Part shown: piece by piece, positions 61,489 through 64,000 of the stretch
How positions within the stretch are numbered: the first letter of the stretch is position 1
Layout: each line of letters starts with the position of its first letter
Assembly: GCA_951406725.2 (NCBI GenBank)
Contig: OX597818.1
Location: 121,582,001 to 121,646,000 of the forward strand
Reading direction: 5' to 3'
Source of the DNA: Octopus vulgaris
Taxonomy: Eukaryota
DNA length: 64,000 nt
Position numbers and translations under genes: made by a program
The notes under the pieces: generated by a model
Told to the model about the DNA's origin: nothing
The model's input: only the letters and a program-made list of their open reading frames with translations
Database searches by the model: none

Positions 61489-63502
61489 GTAAGTATTTCA
61501 TTCTGTATATGTGTGTGTGTTGGTATGTGTGTGCATTGGTGTGTGTGTGTGTGTGTGTGTGTGTGTGGTGTTTGTGTGTTGGTGTGTGTGTGTGCATTGG
61601 TATGTGTGTGTTTGCTGGCTTTGACAAATATTGACAAATATATATTTATTCCAATACAATGTGATCTCAAACATATGATTCCCGTCCCAATCTTTTTTTT
61701 TACCTAAAACTTATTAATATACTTTTTCTTCTCCTTTTTTAATATACTTGGGTATAATTCTACTCCCCCATGACCTTCCAAATTTGACCCTTGCTTTGGA
61801 TTTATTTCCTTACATTGTATACACATATATATGGGAATCAGATACAGACATAGTTGTGCAGTAAGAAGTTTGGCTCTCAACCTTGTGGTTTCAGGTTCAG
61901 TCTCACTGTATGGCACCTTAAGCAAATATCTTTTACTATCGCTCTGAACCAACCAAAGCTTTGTATGTGGATTTGGTAGAAGAAAAGAAACCCCATTGTA
62001 TATACATGTATATGTATGGATGTGTCTGTGTCTGTGCTGAATCCAACCCCTCTTATAGATGTAGAGGAGTCTCTAGAAAGTTACTTCATTACTGGTTCAA
62101 ATCAAAGTTCCCTCTTGTTCATTCAGGCTCTGTAATGGATCTGGGCCTTGGTTCTAATTATGGACTGTCTCTGATGGTTGGTACTTTATTGTTTATCCTA
62201 TGTTAAGCTCATCATGTTAAGATCAACATACACATGTTAAGGTCCTATGTTAAACTTACCATACACGTTAACCCTTTCATTACTGTATTTATTTTGAGAT
62301 GCTCTGTGTTTCTTTCAGTTACTTTAAATATAACAAAGAATTTGGTAAAATAGCTTAGTTATCATTCAGCTAATGTTAGGAACATAAATCGTGACTAAGG
62401 TTTGGTGGAAAACAATTTATGAAAACAAGACATTTGTACTACAGAGCCAGAGGCGGGTTGATATTGAAAGGGTTAAATTAATCATTTGTTAACCCTTTTG
62501 TTACCATATTTCTGTTAAGATGCTCTGTGTTTCTTTCAATTAATTCTAAATATAACAAAGAATTTGGTAAAATAGCTTAGTTATCATTAAGCTAGTATTA
62601 GGAACATAAATTGTGACTTAGGTTTGGTAGAAGATTTTAATTCAAAACTTATGTAAACAAGACATTTGTACTACAGAGCCAGAGCCAGTTTCAGCCGGGT
62701 TTGTAACAAAAGGGTTAAGCTCTTATGTTAAGCTAATGTTACACATGTTAAGCTCTCCAAACACATAGAAAGCACTCTAAACTTGCCAAAATAGACAATG
62801 AAGGTTAGTAGTGCAGTCCTCTGGCTTGCCAGCTCCTGTCAATCCGTCCAATCCATGCCAGCATGGAAAACGAACATCAAATGATGATAATGTCTATAGT
62901 GATACAGTTAGAAATATTCTTTTCTACTCTAGGCACAAGGCCTGAAATTTTTGGGAGGGGGCCAGTCGATTCGATCAACCCCAGCACAGAGCGTAAAGAC
63001 AGAATTTGAACTCAGAACGTAAAGGCAGACAAAATACCTATTTCTTTACTACCCACAAGGGGCTAAACACAGACGGGACAAACAAGGATGGACAAACAGA
63101 TTAAGTCAATTATATCGACTCCAATGCGTAACTGGTACTTATTTAATCGACCCCGAACAGATGAAAGGCAAAATTGACCTCAGCGGAATTTGAACTCAGA
63201 ATGTAGTGGTAGACGAAATACCACTAAGCATTTCGCCCGGCATGCTAACGTTTCTGCCAGCTCGCCGCCTTAACTGGTACTTATTTAATCGACCCTGAAA
63301 GGATGAAAGGCAAAACCGACCTCGGCGGAATTTGAACTCAGAATGTAGCGGCAGACAAAACACCGCTAAGCATTTTGCCTGGCGTGCTGACGTTTCTCTC
63401 AGCTTGCCTTTTGTTGTAACATGCTGAGCAACAACCAAAGAAAAGACTCACATCTGCATGCAATCCTTTTATTCATTTGCTTACTTCTTTGTTCAATTTT
63501 AG

Positions 63503-63672
63503 ATGAAGTGGCTGTTATTGATGAGATTCAAATGATCAAGGATGTCCAGAGAGGCTGGGCTTGGACTCGGGCTTTGCTGGGGATCTGTGCCGAAGAGATT
63601 CACCTCTGTGGTGAAGCATCAAGTTTAAATCTAATCCAGGAATTAACAGAAATCACAGGTGATACATTAGAG
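63503..63672 (+). CDS. SUPV3L1: SUV3 helicase exon 7 (DEIQ motif II); gene continues beyond the window
   Basis: ttttag acceptor, gtgagc donor. [56 protein letters not shown]. Confidence 0.96.
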
Positions 63673-64000
63673 GTGAGCATTCTGATTTTATTTTTCGGGT
63701 GTTGGAGTGGATTAATTTATTTTTCATCTTTTACTAGTTTCAGTCATTGGGCTGGCCATGCTGGAGCACTGCTCTGAAGGATTTTTGCCTGGCTGAATCA
63801 ACACTCATATTTGATTCTTTAAGCTTAGTGCTTACTCTACTGATTTCTCACACTGAATTGCTAAGTGGGAGGAATGTAAACAAACCAACACTGAATGTCA
63901 GGCAATGTGGAAACAAATGCAAACACACACACACACACACATGCATGCACACACGTATTCACATACATGCACATACACATACGTGTACACACACACACAT

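Noticed and set aside
63421-63502. N-terminal part of the 118-aa ORF in the track
   Set aside because: Intronic read-through; SUV3 homology starts at the acceptor at 63503 and ends at 63672.

Overview
AT-rich, repeat-dense eukaryotic DNA whose SINE and microsatellite content looks like a cephalopod (Octopus-like) genome; the organism is inferred. Three protein-coding genes can be reconstructed by hand from short spliced exons that the ORF track mostly misses. (1) The last four coding exons of a sigma-class glutathione S-transferase (+, 5758-16667); its 5' exons were not found in the window. (2) A 59-aa SMIM30/MAVI1-like transmembrane microprotein (-, 42485-42664), just under the 60-aa ORF cutoff. 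(3) The first seven coding exons of the mitochondrial helicase SUPV3L1/SUV3 (+, 48366 to beyond the window end), whose first intron needs a non-canonical GC donor. SMIM30 and SUPV3L1 are head-to-head, and splice signals suggest a shared bidirectional promoter near 48.2-48.3 kb. The rest is tRNA-derived SINEs (often tandem multimers), RTE/CR1/Penelope retroelement fragments, decayed mariner and Chapaev-like transposases, MITE families with readable TSDs, a Helitron-like element, Penelope-type minimal hammerhead ribozyme motifs and many long inverted repeats. Most ORFs in the supplied track are spurious.
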